Positions 9,200 to 18,699 of a stretch of 49,832 nucleotides of DNA are shown here, piece by piece. The notes beneath the pieces were generated by a model. It was not told the origin of the DNA and searched no databases. It saw only the letters and a program-made list of their open reading frames with translations. The stretch's first letter is position 1. Every line of letters starts with the position of its first letter. Source of the DNA: Citrobacter phage IME-JL8; the sequence record MT023084.1. One strand, 5' to 3'. The translations under genes were made by a program, and so were the position numbers.

Positions 9200-12100
9200 T
9201 TACCATACGCCAGTAATTCTACCAATCTGGACGCGAAGAACGCCATTCTGATCTCTAACGCTGATCGTCTGGTTATCCTGCTTCATCGAACCCTCGCCCG
9301 GAGTTGAACCGAAGTTAAGGAACGTGCCGTCCTTCCCTAAGTGCCACCCCGACTGATTCCATACATAGTTGTTTGATTGAATGTATCCACCAATCATGGC
9401 ATTAGTGATGAATCCGTCCTTAATCACCGCGCTACTTAGTATTACCTGCCCGCCCTCAACGATAAACGGGTATCTAATTTGATTATTAGCACCGTTATAG
9501 ATCGCGAATCTGTCGGCCTCAAACAGAAGTTGCGATTTAACACCACCCACACCAGAAGCTACAAGCGACATTGCGATTCCGGCGCTGTACTGCTGCCCGT
9601 TGTACGTCAATCCAAGCTTAACTCCATACATCGCGCCGACTGAATCAACGTTAGCCCACGAATCAAGTTTCTGATTCAATGCCGCTTCGTTGTTTCCGAT
9701 CCTTGCGCTTAACGCCGTGTCCGCCGTGGTTCTCGCTTCCGTTTCGTTGGCGATTGCCTGTTGAACCTGCGTTAACTGCGCCTGAATATCGTCGCCTACA
9801 GCCGCGCGTAAATCTTCAATTTCCTGCGATAGCGCTTCCGTTTCCGTGGCGATAACCTGTCGAAGTTCGGTATTCTGCGCGTTAATCCTTCCGTCGAAAT
9901 CCGCTTCCATCTGCGAAACTTGCGTTACGCGGGCTTCCGTTTCATTCGCGATAAGCTGTAACGACTCTTTAATCTGCGCCGTGAATTTTCCGTTCTTCAC
10001 TCGCTGGATTCGGACGTCTTTGTCGTTCGCTAACGCGTTTTCGATTGCCGATTCCGCCGTGTTCTGGATTCTTGCGATCGCGTCGGTTGCGTTCTCCTTC
10101 AGCCACTGATAGCCCGGCGAATTCTCAATATCAACCTTAATTTCTCCGATAATGCTTTCCACATCAGTAGACGCCATCCCCGGTATTAAGTTAGTCCACG
10201 AAGACACGTTGCCGATTTTGTCGATGGCGCGAATTCTATAGAAAATCATCTTCCCGGCCTCAAGCGGAGTATGGAAATACTCATGTTGCGGATACGGGAC
10301 TAACGTTAGCAACGATGCATTTTCTACGCTGTTGTTTGGCGATTGCTGCACCTCTATGTAAGCCGTGTCGCCGGAGTCTTCAGGCATACCCCATTTTAAC
10401 CGGATGCCGAAAACAACGTCGTCGGATGCCGTAAAGTTAATTGGCGCTCCCGGCTCGCCTACCTTGCCAGTTAACCCAACAGTTACAACCTCAGACCACA
10501 CGGAAGCATTTTCCGAAGAAGAGATAGCGCGAACCCGGACGGAGTATTCACCCGCGTAAATACCTTCGACGAATGTTTCGTTAGTTTGTGTGCGAGGAAC
10601 GTTAATCCAGTTTCCGTTATTCTTGCGCCATTGCACCTCGTAAAATGCCGCGTAATCGACCTTATCCCAGCTAATGACCATCGTTTCTACGCTCAAGCCC
10701 TGCACTACTCGCGAAAACGATTCGACCGCTACGTTTTTCGGTGATGGCAACTTATCAGGATCTACGACACTTGTCGGCCTGTCGTCCACATTCACGCCGT
10801 AGTCGATCGCGTCGTATTTGTTCGGGTCATACTCAACAGCCGTGATGCTGAATACGAACTCTTCGTCGCCGTCGCCCTTCTTGATATCGGTCACAACGTA
10901 TTGTTGCAATGCAACGTCGGTTCGGTCGATAGCAAAGATAGTGTTTGGCGCGACGTCAAAGCCGAACCCTACGTTTATTTCTATCGTCTTGCCGTCTGGT
11001 GACACTGAAGAAATAGTGCGCTTAACGGGCTTTCCATCCGGCTTATTTACGACAATAAAATCACCCGCGCGGGCGTCAACACGAAACGCCGTAAAAATCT
11101 GCAACCCTGATACTTCCATGACTCGCCCGGAAAGGTTTAACGTAAGATTGCTTGACCAGAAATTATCTGCAATCGCCACGACGTCGCCGATTTGCGGGAT
11201 CATACCTTCCAGCCCGGTAGCAAAGTTAACCGTCGTGCTGCGAAGGTTAGTTCGCAGAATCCAGCGTCCGCGCCTGTTAGCCTCGCTGCGTCGCGTACAT
11301 CCGATCGCTGTAATGCTTGTCGGGTTATTGCCGAAGCGTCGCGCCGCGTCAGTATCGAATACAGGTTCAACGTCCTGTTGATATAAGTTTTCATGATCAT
11401 CAAACTGCACGTTGCAAGTCGTGTACATGCTCTTTTCGCTCGCGAACGAGTAAGAGAAGTTACCGCCGACTACGTTTTCGTTGGTGAAAATGTAAGACGG
11501 GTCGCGCGGCTTATCGATCACGACAGATAAACTTTCGCCATTCCAAAACGACATACCACGGAAGATTGAACAGATATCGCGAACCAGTTTAAACGCTTCA
11601 ATCTGCGACTGAATAACCACATCGCAAAGGTAACGCGGTTCTGTTCCGCCTTTTCCGTCTGGAACCATCTGATCGCAATATTGCCCGGCTTCGTATAACG
11701 CCCACTTATCGACATTAATCCCTAACTCACGCTGATCTAACCCGTAACGTTGGTTCGTGATGATATCGTAAAGAACCCATGCCGGGTTATTACTCCACGC
11801 CTTTTTGAACGTGCCGTCCCAGCTTCCGTTATAGTCGCGGGTAATCGGGTTATAGTTCGACGGGACGTTAATCACCTTCCACTTTTTACGAAGCGAAATA
11901 TTCGGGATCTGCGTCGGAAACATCTTCGAATCGAATTCCACGAATAACAGACCAGTCAGCGGATAACGGAATTTAGCGTCGATTACTTCCGCATAGCTTT
12001 TCAACTGGATTTCGTCGATCAGGTTAGAATCGTCGGAATCAGGAGTAACGCGCGACACTCTCACGATTACTTGACTGTTGAACGCCGGAAGATTGATTCG

Positions 12101-12625
12101 GCGGCTACGGTCATAACCCGACATTGTTTTACCGTCGATCACGTCGGTGAAGTATTCGGTAAACGCCGCCCCATCGACAGCCAATTCTACTTTGTATTCG
12201 ACGCGAACGCCGTTCTTGTCGCCGTTGTTTTCCACCTTCACGCCACGCGGCATATACATTTTGATACGGATAGCTGAAAGCGACTTGTTCGTAACGTTAA
12301 TGCTGTATGGCGTATCTCGTTCGATAACGCGATTCATCGTTACTTCGCTTGCGCTGTCGGTGAATCCCTGTATGTAATCTTGCGTTTGCGTACCGGGGCG
12401 AAACTCCGCCGTGATGCCTTCATAGTTGTATGTTCCGTCGTCGTTCATTACCGGAACGTCGTTAAGCAACAGCATTTTCATATCAAAGTCTGGATCGACT
12501 TCGCCGTCTGACACTGCCAGCAAAACGCGAATCTTGTTGATTGAAATCAAATTATCTTCCATCTCAACAGGATTGTGAGGCTTGCCGCCACCGCCTTTCG
12601 ATCCGGTTATCACTTTTTTAATCAT
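9200..12625 (-). CDS. J: J-like host-specificity / tail-tip attachment protein
   Basis: 1141 aa; GGKGGGGKPHNPVEMEDNLISINKIRVLLAVSDGEV N-terminus; fibronectin III-like repeats; position after I-like gene. Confidence 0.85.
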   Translation of the reverse strand: MIKKVITGSKGGGGKPHNPVEMEDNLISINKIRVLLAVSDGEVDPDFDMKMLLLNDVPVMNDDGTYNYEGITAEFRPGTQTQDYIQGFTDSASEVTMNRVIERDTPYSINVTNKSLSAIRIKMYMPRGVKVENNGDKNGVRVEYKVELAVDGAAFTEYFTDVIDGKTMSGYDRSRRINLPAFNSQVIVRVSRVTPDSDDSNLIDEIQLKSYAEVIDAKFRYPLTGLLFVEFDSKMFPTQIPNISLRKKWKVINVPSNYNPITRDYNGSWDGTFKKAWSNNPAWVLYDIITNQRYGLDQRELGINVDKWALYEAGQYCDQMVPDGKGGTEPRYLCDVVIQSQIEAFKLVRDICSIFRGMSFWNGESLSVVIDKPRDPSYIFTNENVVGGNFSYSFASEKSMYTTCNVQFDDHENLYQQDVEPVFDTDAARRFGNNPTSITAIGCTRRSEANRRGRWILRTNLRSTTVNFATGLEGMIPQIGDVVAIADNFWSSNLTLNLSGRVMEVSGLQIFTAFRVDARAGDFIVVNKPDGKPVKRTISSVSPDGKTIEINVGFGFDVAPNTIFAIDRTDVALQQYVVTDIKKGDGDEEFVFSITAVEYDPNKYDAIDYGVNVDDRPTSVVDPDKLPSPKNVAVESFSRVVQGLSVETMVISWDKVDYAAFYEVQWRKNNGNWINVPRTQTNETFVEGIYAGEYSVRVRAISSSENASVWSEVVTVGLTGKVGEPGAPINFTASDDVVFGIRLKWGMPEDSGDTAYIEVQQSPNNSVENASLLTLVPYPQHEYFHTPLEAGKMIFYRIRAIDKIGNVSSWTNLIPGMASTDVESIIGEIKVDIENSPGYQWLKENATDAIARIQNTAESAIENALANDKDVRIQRVKNGKFTAQIKESLQLIANETEARVTQVSQMEADFDGRINAQNTELRQVIATETEALSQEIEDLRAAVGDDIQAQLTQVQQAIANETEARTTADTALSARIGNNEAALNQKLDSWANVDSVGAMYGVKLGLTYNGQQYSAGIAMSLVASGVGGVKSQLLFEADRFAIYNGANNQIRYPFIVEGGQVILSSAVIKDGFITNAMIGGYIQSNNYVWNQSGWHLGKDGTFLNFGSTPGEGSMKQDNQTISVRDQNGVLRVQIGRITGVW

Positions 12626-12631
12626 GATGTT

Positions 12632-12646
12632 TAACCTTTTGTGCTA
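12632..12646 (-). promoter_or_regulatory. operator-family palindrome between J promoter and J start
   Basis: minus TAGCACAAAAGGTTA. Confidence 0.5.
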
Positions 12647-12665
12647 TTTATCGGTGTTTCCATTA

Positions 12666-12690
12666 TACAGGCGAAAAAAAACCCGCGCAA
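12666..12690 (-). terminator. terminator fused to a downstream-facing promoter (TTGCGC-17-TATAAT)
   Basis: minus CCCGCCTTGCGCGGGTTTTTTTTCGCCTGTATAAT. Confidence 0.75.
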
Positions 12691-12702
12691 GGCGGGCTAA
12701 TT

Positions 12703-13305
12703 TTATGCCATATCTTCAGCGTAGGAACCTGCGGAGAAGGTCGCCCCGCCGACAGTTCGTTCGCCATACGGAAGCGGGATCGGATACCCCGCCGCCGTTG
12801 TGTTCACCGCCCCGCCGAAAGCATAGGACGGCTTGTTCTTGCTGGATTGCACTTCGAAATTTTGCCCCCCAGCTTGCGGGCTAATCATCTGCATTACGCC
12901 ACCCAAAACCATAGCGCCGCCCATCATAAAGGCGGAGGAAGCAAGCGCCCCCATCGCCGCCAGCGACGCGCCAGCCGTAAAGAATGCCGCAACCATAATC
13001 GCCGCACCTAACACGATTTGAAACAGACCGCCCGACTTTGAACCAGTAGGGATCGGGAGGATTCGAACTTCGTTAGCGCAAGCGAACTCTTTTTCGTTGT
13101 TGTGACTAATGTTCTTCCCGTCAACGAATACGGCGTACTTCATTCTGGAACCGACTTCGCTTTGCATGTAGTCTTTAAAGCCCTCCACCTGCGACGACAG
13201 CGCCCGAATTGCTTCCGGGTATGAATCAACAGCCAGATAGTGAAAGACGCCGAAACGACGCCCCAGCGAACCAGAAAGCTTTATTTTCTTCAATGATGTA
13301 TTCAT
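12703..13305 (-). CDS. tail assembly protein, lambda I-like
   Basis: MNTSLKKIKLSGSLGRRFG..., Gly/Ala hydrophobic core, between K-like and J-like genes. Confidence 0.7.
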   Translation of the reverse strand: MNTSLKKIKLSGSLGRRFGVFHYLAVDSYPEAIRALSSQVEGFKDYMQSEVGSRMKYAVFVDGKNISHNNEKEFACANEVRILPIPTGSKSGGLFQIVLGAAIMVAAFFTAGASLAAMGALASSAFMMGGAMVLGGVMQMISPQAGGQNFEVQSSKNKPSYAFGGAVNTTAAGYPIPLPYGERTVGGATFSAGSYAEDMA

Positions 13306-14018
13306 AGTTTCAGATCCTTGTGTCTGCAAATCATAACAGTGTGCTCCTGATACCAACCGGAATATAAATCTTCACGCGACAACTTGCCGAACGCGTGATG
13401 CAAGATCTTGTTATCGCCTACGTAAATCCCGGCGTGGTTCCATACTGGCGATTGTAGTTGCATGATAATCATATCGCCCGGCCTCGGTTCCTGATTGGTC
13501 GGGACGAACCCTTCGGCCTGATAAAGATCCTGATACAGATTTTCCCCGAACTCAGGTTTCCACCATTCATAAGGTTTTCTGTAATCGCCTAATTCGATTC
13601 CGTGTTCTTTGTGGTAAGCCATAACTAAGCCCCAGCAATCAAACGAGCCTAGCGCCCACGGCCTACCAATCAGCGGAAGCGTTGACGGTTGAACGAATCG
13701 CATATCACCTTCAGGAAAGCTAACGATAGTCCACATGACGCCCATTTCGTTACAGACACATGTATCGTGCGGCGAAGGTAGTGTAGTTGCCCCGTCGCCA
13801 GTATGACTATGAACCACACTAACCAGTTCGCCACATTCCAGCGCGTCGGCGTACTGTTGCGCGTTCATTTCGAAATGGTTTTCCGGGTCGTCGTGCATGT
13901 TGTCGATCCTGTGGTAACGCTGAACCCGGCTTTTTTGGGTGACAACCCCGCAACACTCAGCGGGGTAAGCGTCCTGCGCGTGGCGCATGATTTCGATCTT
14001 AACTTTTGCATTAATCAT
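13302..14018 (-). CDS. tail assembly protein, lambda K-like (JAB/MPN plus NlpC/P60)
   Basis: PAECCGVV, HSHT..., GSFDCWGLV catalytic Cys and NHAGIYVG His motifs. Confidence 0.85.
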   Translation of the reverse strand: MINAKVKIEIMRHAQDAYPAECCGVVTQKSRVQRYHRIDNMHDDPENHFEMNAQQYADALECGELVSVVHSHTGDGATTLPSPHDTCVCNEMGVMWTIVSFPEGDMRFVQPSTLPLIGRPWALGSFDCWGLVMAYHKEHGIELGDYRKPYEWWKPEFGENLYQDLYQAEGFVPTNQEPRPGDMIIMQLQSPVWNHAGIYVGDNKILHHAFGKLSREDLYSGWYQEHTVMICRHKDLKL

Positions 14019-14770
14019 TGCATTTTCCTCTGTAGTGAAGCGACGGCACAACCACCGAAATCTAATTCCTGATCCGCGCCGAAGCGAAGTTTACATGCCG
14101 TTAATGTGCCGGGGCAAAAATCTTTCGACGGGTCGTCTACCGGATTATTGTCTCTGTCGAAGTAATTCGTTCCGGCATACGCGCAACCCTTGCCGCTTTT
14201 ATACCATCCACGTTGCGCCCAATAACAAACGCTTTGCGACGTGCGCGGCGGGATCATAATCCCATCCATATCATAAGGTGATGTGAGATCGAATCGTGCT
14301 AACGTTGAATCGACGTAATCCGGGCGCTCAATGTAGTAAACCAGCTTTCGGAACGCGCCGTCTTCGATCGTGCCGTCTTCGTTCATTAAATCTTTCGGCG
14401 CAACCCATATCGTAACCTTAGCTTGCATCATGCCATTGTAGGAACGGATTAGCGCGGCAACCTGCGAATCAATGTTAGAGATCGTAAGCTTAGGTTTTCC
14501 GGCCTTTCCGTTACTGGTGAACGAGATCCCGGAAATGCCAAAAGGTCGCGCCCCGTATTGTTCGCCCTGAAAGGTGATTTCTTTCGGCGGCAATACACCA
14601 GTTTCACGCGCTTGCATAAGTTCTTCAGGCGTGTACGCGATATTCTCAGCATGGAATCGGTAGACCTGCGCACCGAACTTCTCGCCGTCAATCTCTACCA
14701 GCGTGATAATCTCGCCGGGGTAAAGGGATTGCAGGCAGTTTTCCCATTTTTCTTTACCAGTTTCAGCCAT
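14015..14770 (-). CDS. minor tail protein, lambda L-like
   Basis: CGYAGTNYFD-like Cys pattern; position between M-like and K-like genes. Confidence 0.75.
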   Translation of the reverse strand: MAETGKEKWENCLQSLYPGEIITLVEIDGEKFGAQVYRFHAENIAYTPEELMQARETGVLPPKEITFQGEQYGARPFGISGISFTSNGKAGKPKLTISNIDSQVAALIRSYNGMMQAKVTIWVAPKDLMNEDGTIEDGAFRKLVYYIERPDYVDSTLARFDLTSPYDMDGIMIPPRTSQSVCYWAQRGWYKSGKGCAYAGTNYFDRDNNPVDDPSKDFCPGTLTACKLRFGADQELDFGGCAVASLQRKMQ

Positions 14771-14809
14771 TTTATTTACTCCATTTGTGAATGTGCAACC
14801 ATTCTACAG

Positions 14810-14838
14810 CCATAAAAAAGCCCGCGCAAGGCGGGCTA
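14810..14838 (-). terminator. terminator fused to TTGCGC-17-TAGAAT promoter
   Basis: minus AGCCCGCCTTGCGCGGGCTTTTTTATGGCTGTAGAAT. Confidence 0.75.
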
Positions 14839-14851
14839 TTGTTAGATAGTG

Positions 14852-15205
14852 CTATTCCATAGATGTAAACTGTTCGGAAAACGTAGCGCGGATTTCGTTC
14901 AATCCCGGCGCGATCGGGGTAAGCGCAACCGAACCAGACTTCACAATGAACAAGCCTAATTGTTCATCTGGCGGAAGCCATAAAAACGGCTTCAGTCGAT
15001 GCCCGGTACAAAATGCCTTAACCGCCTTCCAATCATTGCCAGCGTATACGATCGTAAACTCCCGGCGCTCAGTGTTAAATCCAGACGATGCAACTTGCTT
15101 GTAGCCGTTACCGAAAACGACTTCCCTGTCGTTGTTCTCGGTAGTCATTGCGCCGCCGCTATTCTGAATTTGTGTACACCATGTAAATTCGTCTAGCGTC
15201 GCCAT
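14852..15205 (-). CDS. minor tail protein, lambda M-like
   Basis: FGNGYKQVASSGFNTERREFTI...AFCTGHRLKPFLW. Confidence 0.75.
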   Translation of the reverse strand: MATLDEFTWCTQIQNSGGAMTTENNDREVVFGNGYKQVASSGFNTERREFTIVYAGNDWKAVKAFCTGHRLKPFLWLPPDEQLGLFIVKSGSVALTPIAPGLNEIRATFSEQFTSME

Positions 15206-15208
15206 TGA

Positions 15209-17914
15209 TTAGCCTCCTGTTTTTTCCATAATGTAGGTGTAAGCCTTGCCACCTTGTGAAAACGATTCGTTAATCATTTCGTTGCAGATCATACGAATGC
15301 CCTGCTCAAGCCCTTTTGGATCGTTGCCGTTATTCACATCGACTCGCATCCCGCTAACGTCGATATAGTTCCCAGCGCCAGCGCCACCGCTTGAAAGCGT
15401 TAACCCTGCTCCGCGCGAAGCATTGCCAACTGAACCGCCGTTCGCATAACCGCGCATTAGTCGGTTTAGGTTGCCAACCCCGATCCGGCTTGTCGCCTCC
15501 TTCGTGAACACGAATTCACCGCCGTGAACTACGCCTTTCGGTTCGTACTTGCCGCCGTTCCCGGTATAACCGCCATTAGCAAACCCGCCCGCAAAACTCC
15601 ACGTAGAGCCGCCCATCATACCAGAAATCGAATTGAAGATTACCATCTTAGTAATCATCTGGATAATCTGGCTAATGATGCTCTTAGCGAAATCTGCGAA
15701 GTTCGCTTCACCGGTCATGAGGAATTCCGCCATCATATCAGACATTCCCGACAGCGCGTTCGAAGCAATGTTCCCTACATTATCATACATGTTAGTTGCT
15801 TCTTCGCCGTAGGTGGCAAATGCTGATTGCGCCCCAGCCAGCCAATCGCCGCGTTTTTCGTCTTCGGCTGCGTAGTATTTTTCTTGCGCTTCCTGCATAC
15901 GCTTGAACGTGTCGTCCTCAAGACTTCCGCCCTTCGCTAACCAATCCGCTTGCATCTTCTGGCGTTCCGCTTCACGTTGTGCCGCAAGTGCGCCCATGCT
16001 TCGCGTATCGTTTAGCGTCTTCGTTGCCTGTTCCATTTGCAACACGAATTTAACGGAATCTTGATTCAACTGGTTTAGCCGTTCCTGCTGCGCAATCTGA
16101 TCGCCTAGTTCGGCTTTCTGTTGTGCGCGGGCTAGTACCTGTTTCTGTTCCAGTAATAACGCTTGCTCCGCATTTGTTAACTTGCGTGTGGATTGCGCTT
16201 CCTCCAATACCTGAATCTGTCCTTCGACAGCCCATAGTGCTTTACGCTGTTGCGAAATGCGATCGTTAATGCTGGCGTGTTTTTGCAGTGTCACTAACTG
16301 CGCCTGAAGCACGTAAAGCTCTTTGTCGAGTTGCTCGGTAGGTGCTCGCGTGATACCGCCAGAACCTTTCTTGCCGCCCTTCGTGCCTTTCTTCTTCTCC
16401 GCCTCCTTCGCCTGTTTCACTTCGTCTTCGCGAATCTTGATTAACTTTTGAGCGTTGGCGATTGCTTCTTTATTGCCGGAAGCCGCGATCGCGTTGGCGT
16501 TCTTTCTCGCGTCGGCTAATGCCTTCTCAGCCCCGGCGACACGATCCGCCGCTAAATATTCTTTGTTAATCAAATCGACGGTTTTCGCTACATGCTTGTT
16601 ACCTTCAATTCGCGCCGTGTTAACTTGCTGATTAAGCGTTTTAGCCTGTTCCAGCACTTTTACAATCGGGTCAACTGCGCCGCCCAGCGCGACAGACTGT
16701 TTCCCTTCGTTCGCCCCGGTGTAATAGTTTTTCACCTCTTCCGCCGCATCGCTCCACGCGTCTTTGATTTCCAGAACCTTTAATCGGTGCTGTTCAATGT
16801 CAACGTTTAGCGCCGTGAAATCGCCCGATTTCTTGTACTGTTCGACACGCTGTCGCGCTTCGTCATAGCTGATCCCGACGTCTAACATTTTCTGTAACGA
16901 CTCTTCCGCGCCGTCTTTCGTCGAAATGAAAGCTTTGATTACTTCGTCTGCTGATTGGTCGGCGGCTTTCGCGATCCCCATAATGTTCAAGGACAACCGA
17001 TCAGCGTAATCGCCAGTAATCCCAAGTTGTGTATTGACTGCGGATTGAGTTTCCTTGATCTCGTTGCGGGTACTGACAACCTTATAAATCAGTGCTCCCA
17101 GCGCCCCAACCGTAACGCCCAATCCGACGTTAAGCGGATTCAGGAAAGACAACAGAACTTTGAACGTATTACCCAGCCCGCCGAAGCTGTCTTTAATCTG
17201 TCCGCCCTGCTGGATTGCTACCAACCAAACAGGCATACCGGAAGCAAGCGACGTTACAACGTCCGTAATCTGCGCCGGAAGCATTCGCATTGCTTGCGCA
17301 TATTGCCCGGCAGAAACGCCAGCCAGTTTTAAACCCTTCGCCTGATTATTCAACTGCGCGATAAATGGCGCGGCCTGTTCGCTTACGCCTAATTGCGCGG
17401 CCTTCAGTTCTAAAACTTCTTGCGCCGTCTTGCCAGCGAATAAGGCTTGCTGTTCTAAGCTCTTGATGAAGTTTTGCCCGGCCTTCGTTGCCACCTCCTT
17501 CTGGCGTGATGCTTCCGCCGCCGCTCGACCTTCAGCCGTTAACGCTTGCTGATTCTTGCGCAATGCAACCTCTTGCGATTCCAGAACTTCGCCAAGCCGG
17601 AAGAATTCGTCGTCCGGTACGACGCCTTTTTTCCAAAGTGCGTCTAACTGCTTCGCCGTTTCGCGTAAGCGGTTCATGCTCTTGACTGTGGGATCGATAG
17701 CCGCTACAACGTTGGAGTATTCCTTCGCCTGTTTCGACAGTTCACGCGCGTGATCCTTTGCCTTCTGTTTCGCAACTTCCGTTTGATTTAGAAATTCATG
17801 GGTCGAGTCCGCCGCGCCGTCGTTCGCCTTCGCAAATTCACGAAGAGACTTTACAGCCCGATCGACTTGCGATACGTCAACACCTAGCGACAATCCCGCG
17901 TATTGTTCCGCCAT
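15209..17914 (-). CDS. tail tape measure protein
   Basis: 901 aa, long coiled coils, SLTVG/MVIFNSISGMMGG hydrophobic segments and C-terminal GGxVxG features. Confidence 0.92.
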   Translation of the reverse strand: MAEQYAGLSLGVDVSQVDRAVKSLREFAKANDGAADSTHEFLNQTEVAKQKAKDHARELSKQAKEYSNVVAAIDPTVKSMNRLRETAKQLDALWKKGVVPDDEFFRLGEVLESQEVALRKNQQALTAEGRAAAEASRQKEVATKAGQNFIKSLEQQALFAGKTAQEVLELKAAQLGVSEQAAPFIAQLNNQAKGLKLAGVSAGQYAQAMRMLPAQITDVVTSLASGMPVWLVAIQQGGQIKDSFGGLGNTFKVLLSFLNPLNVGLGVTVGALGALIYKVVSTRNEIKETQSAVNTQLGITGDYADRLSLNIMGIAKAADQSADEVIKAFISTKDGAEESLQKMLDVGISYDEARQRVEQYKKSGDFTALNVDIEQHRLKVLEIKDAWSDAAEEVKNYYTGANEGKQSVALGGAVDPIVKVLEQAKTLNQQVNTARIEGNKHVAKTVDLINKEYLAADRVAGAEKALADARKNANAIAASGNKEAIANAQKLIKIREDEVKQAKEAEKKKGTKGGKKGSGGITRAPTEQLDKELYVLQAQLVTLQKHASINDRISQQRKALWAVEGQIQVLEEAQSTRKLTNAEQALLLEQKQVLARAQQKAELGDQIAQQERLNQLNQDSVKFVLQMEQATKTLNDTRSMGALAAQREAERQKMQADWLAKGGSLEDDTFKRMQEAQEKYYAAEDEKRGDWLAGAQSAFATYGEEATNMYDNVGNIASNALSGMSDMMAEFLMTGEANFADFAKSIISQIIQMITKMVIFNSISGMMGGSTWSFAGGFANGGYTGNGGKYEPKGVVHGGEFVFTKEATSRIGVGNLNRLMRGYANGGSVGNASRGAGLTLSSGGAGAGNYIDVSGMRVDVNNGNDPKGLEQGIRMICNEMINESFSQGGKAYTYIMEKTGG

Positions 17915-17931
17915 ATGTGATTACCTCCAGA

Positions 17932-17957
17932 TAAAAGAAAAGCGCCCGAAGGCGCTT
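17932..17957 (-). terminator. terminator-like hairpin directly ahead of tape measure SD
   Basis: minus AAGCGCCttcGGGCGCTTTTCTTTT. Confidence 0.6.
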
Positions 17958-18276
17958 ATTTGCTGTTATGGTGCATCATTTCTAATGCTTTCTGTTCCAT
18001 AACACGAATATCGTTTAACACCTGCTCTTCATCGTCTATTTTATAGATTTTGAACAACATAGGCAAAACATTATAATCAAGACCGTAAGCCCCAGCGCCC
18101 GCGCTTCTCCACTGCGTACCCATCGCACAAAACACGTCATACGATTGGATCATATCTTCAGGGAAATAAAGTATTTCCGGTTCCTCGCCTTCGTAGTCAG
18201 AACGGGACAGGCCGACAGATCTTAACTCTTCATCTGTGGGCGGTTTCTGGTACATCAGATAAACCGCCCGCTTTAG
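17956..18276 (-). CDS. T-like extension of tail chaperone, reached by -1 frameshift
   Basis: open in the -1 frame from the slippery site at 18276..18282 to the stop at 17956. Confidence 0.75.
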   Translation of the reverse strand, partial: LKRAVYLMYQKPPTDEELRSVGLSRSDYEGEEPEILYFPEDMIQSYDVFCAMGTQWRSAGAGAYGLDYNVLPMLFKIYKIDDEEQVLNDIRVMEQKALEMMHHNSK

Positions 18277-18587
18277 TTTTTTACGCGTTGCCCTGCCAGC
18301 GCTCGAAGGTAGGTTGACGTAAGAGCCAGCGCCGCGCCCGGATAGTAGCGGACAAGCATTTCGGCGTTTTCTTGATTAAACTCTTCTTCCAGATCCCAGC
18401 CGGAAGCCAATTCCATAATGAAATCGTGGTCTTTGATATCTTGTCGATCGTAAAGCTCCTGCACTTCGTTAGACGGGCGATGCTTCACTTTGAAAGTGAT
18501 TTTCGCTTCGTCGCCGTTCGGCATGATGAATTTTACGGGTAGTGCGAAGTCAGGCAGTGCTCCCAAAGTAATTTTGAATTTAGCCAT
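18273..18587 (-). CDS. tail assembly chaperone, G-like
   Basis: 104 aa ORF between tail tube and tape measure, ends in slippery A AAA AAC. Confidence 0.8.
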   Translation of the reverse strand: MAKFKITLGALPDFALPVKFIMPNGDEAKITFKVKHRPSNEVQELYDRQDIKDHDFIMELASGWDLEEEFNQENAEMLVRYYPGAALALTSTYLRALAGQRVKN

Positions 18588-18661
18588 TGTTGATTCTCCT
18601 GATAGGTAATAGCACGAATTGCTAAAACAGCGTCGAGCCGATTTGATACGATGATTCTACA

Positions 18662-18690
18662 GAAAAGAAAAAGGGGAAGCAAGCTTCCCC
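18662..18690 (-). terminator. terminator fused to TTGCTT-17-TAGAAT promoter
   Basis: minus GGGGAAGCTTGCTTCCCCTTTTTCTTTTCTGTAGAAT. Confidence 0.7.
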
Positions 18691-18699
18691 GGAGTGATG

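Noticed and set aside
9846-12377. Many plus-strand ORFs of 60-187 aa opposite J (including 10818..11381)
   Set aside because: They lie antisense to one continuous, well-supported J-like ORF, have no SD or family motifs, and are expected shadow ORFs in GC-moderate coding DNA.
15524-17753. Plus-strand ORFs opposite the tape measure gene
   Set aside because: Antisense shadows of a repetitive coiled-coil coding sequence; no ribosome site or recognizable domain.
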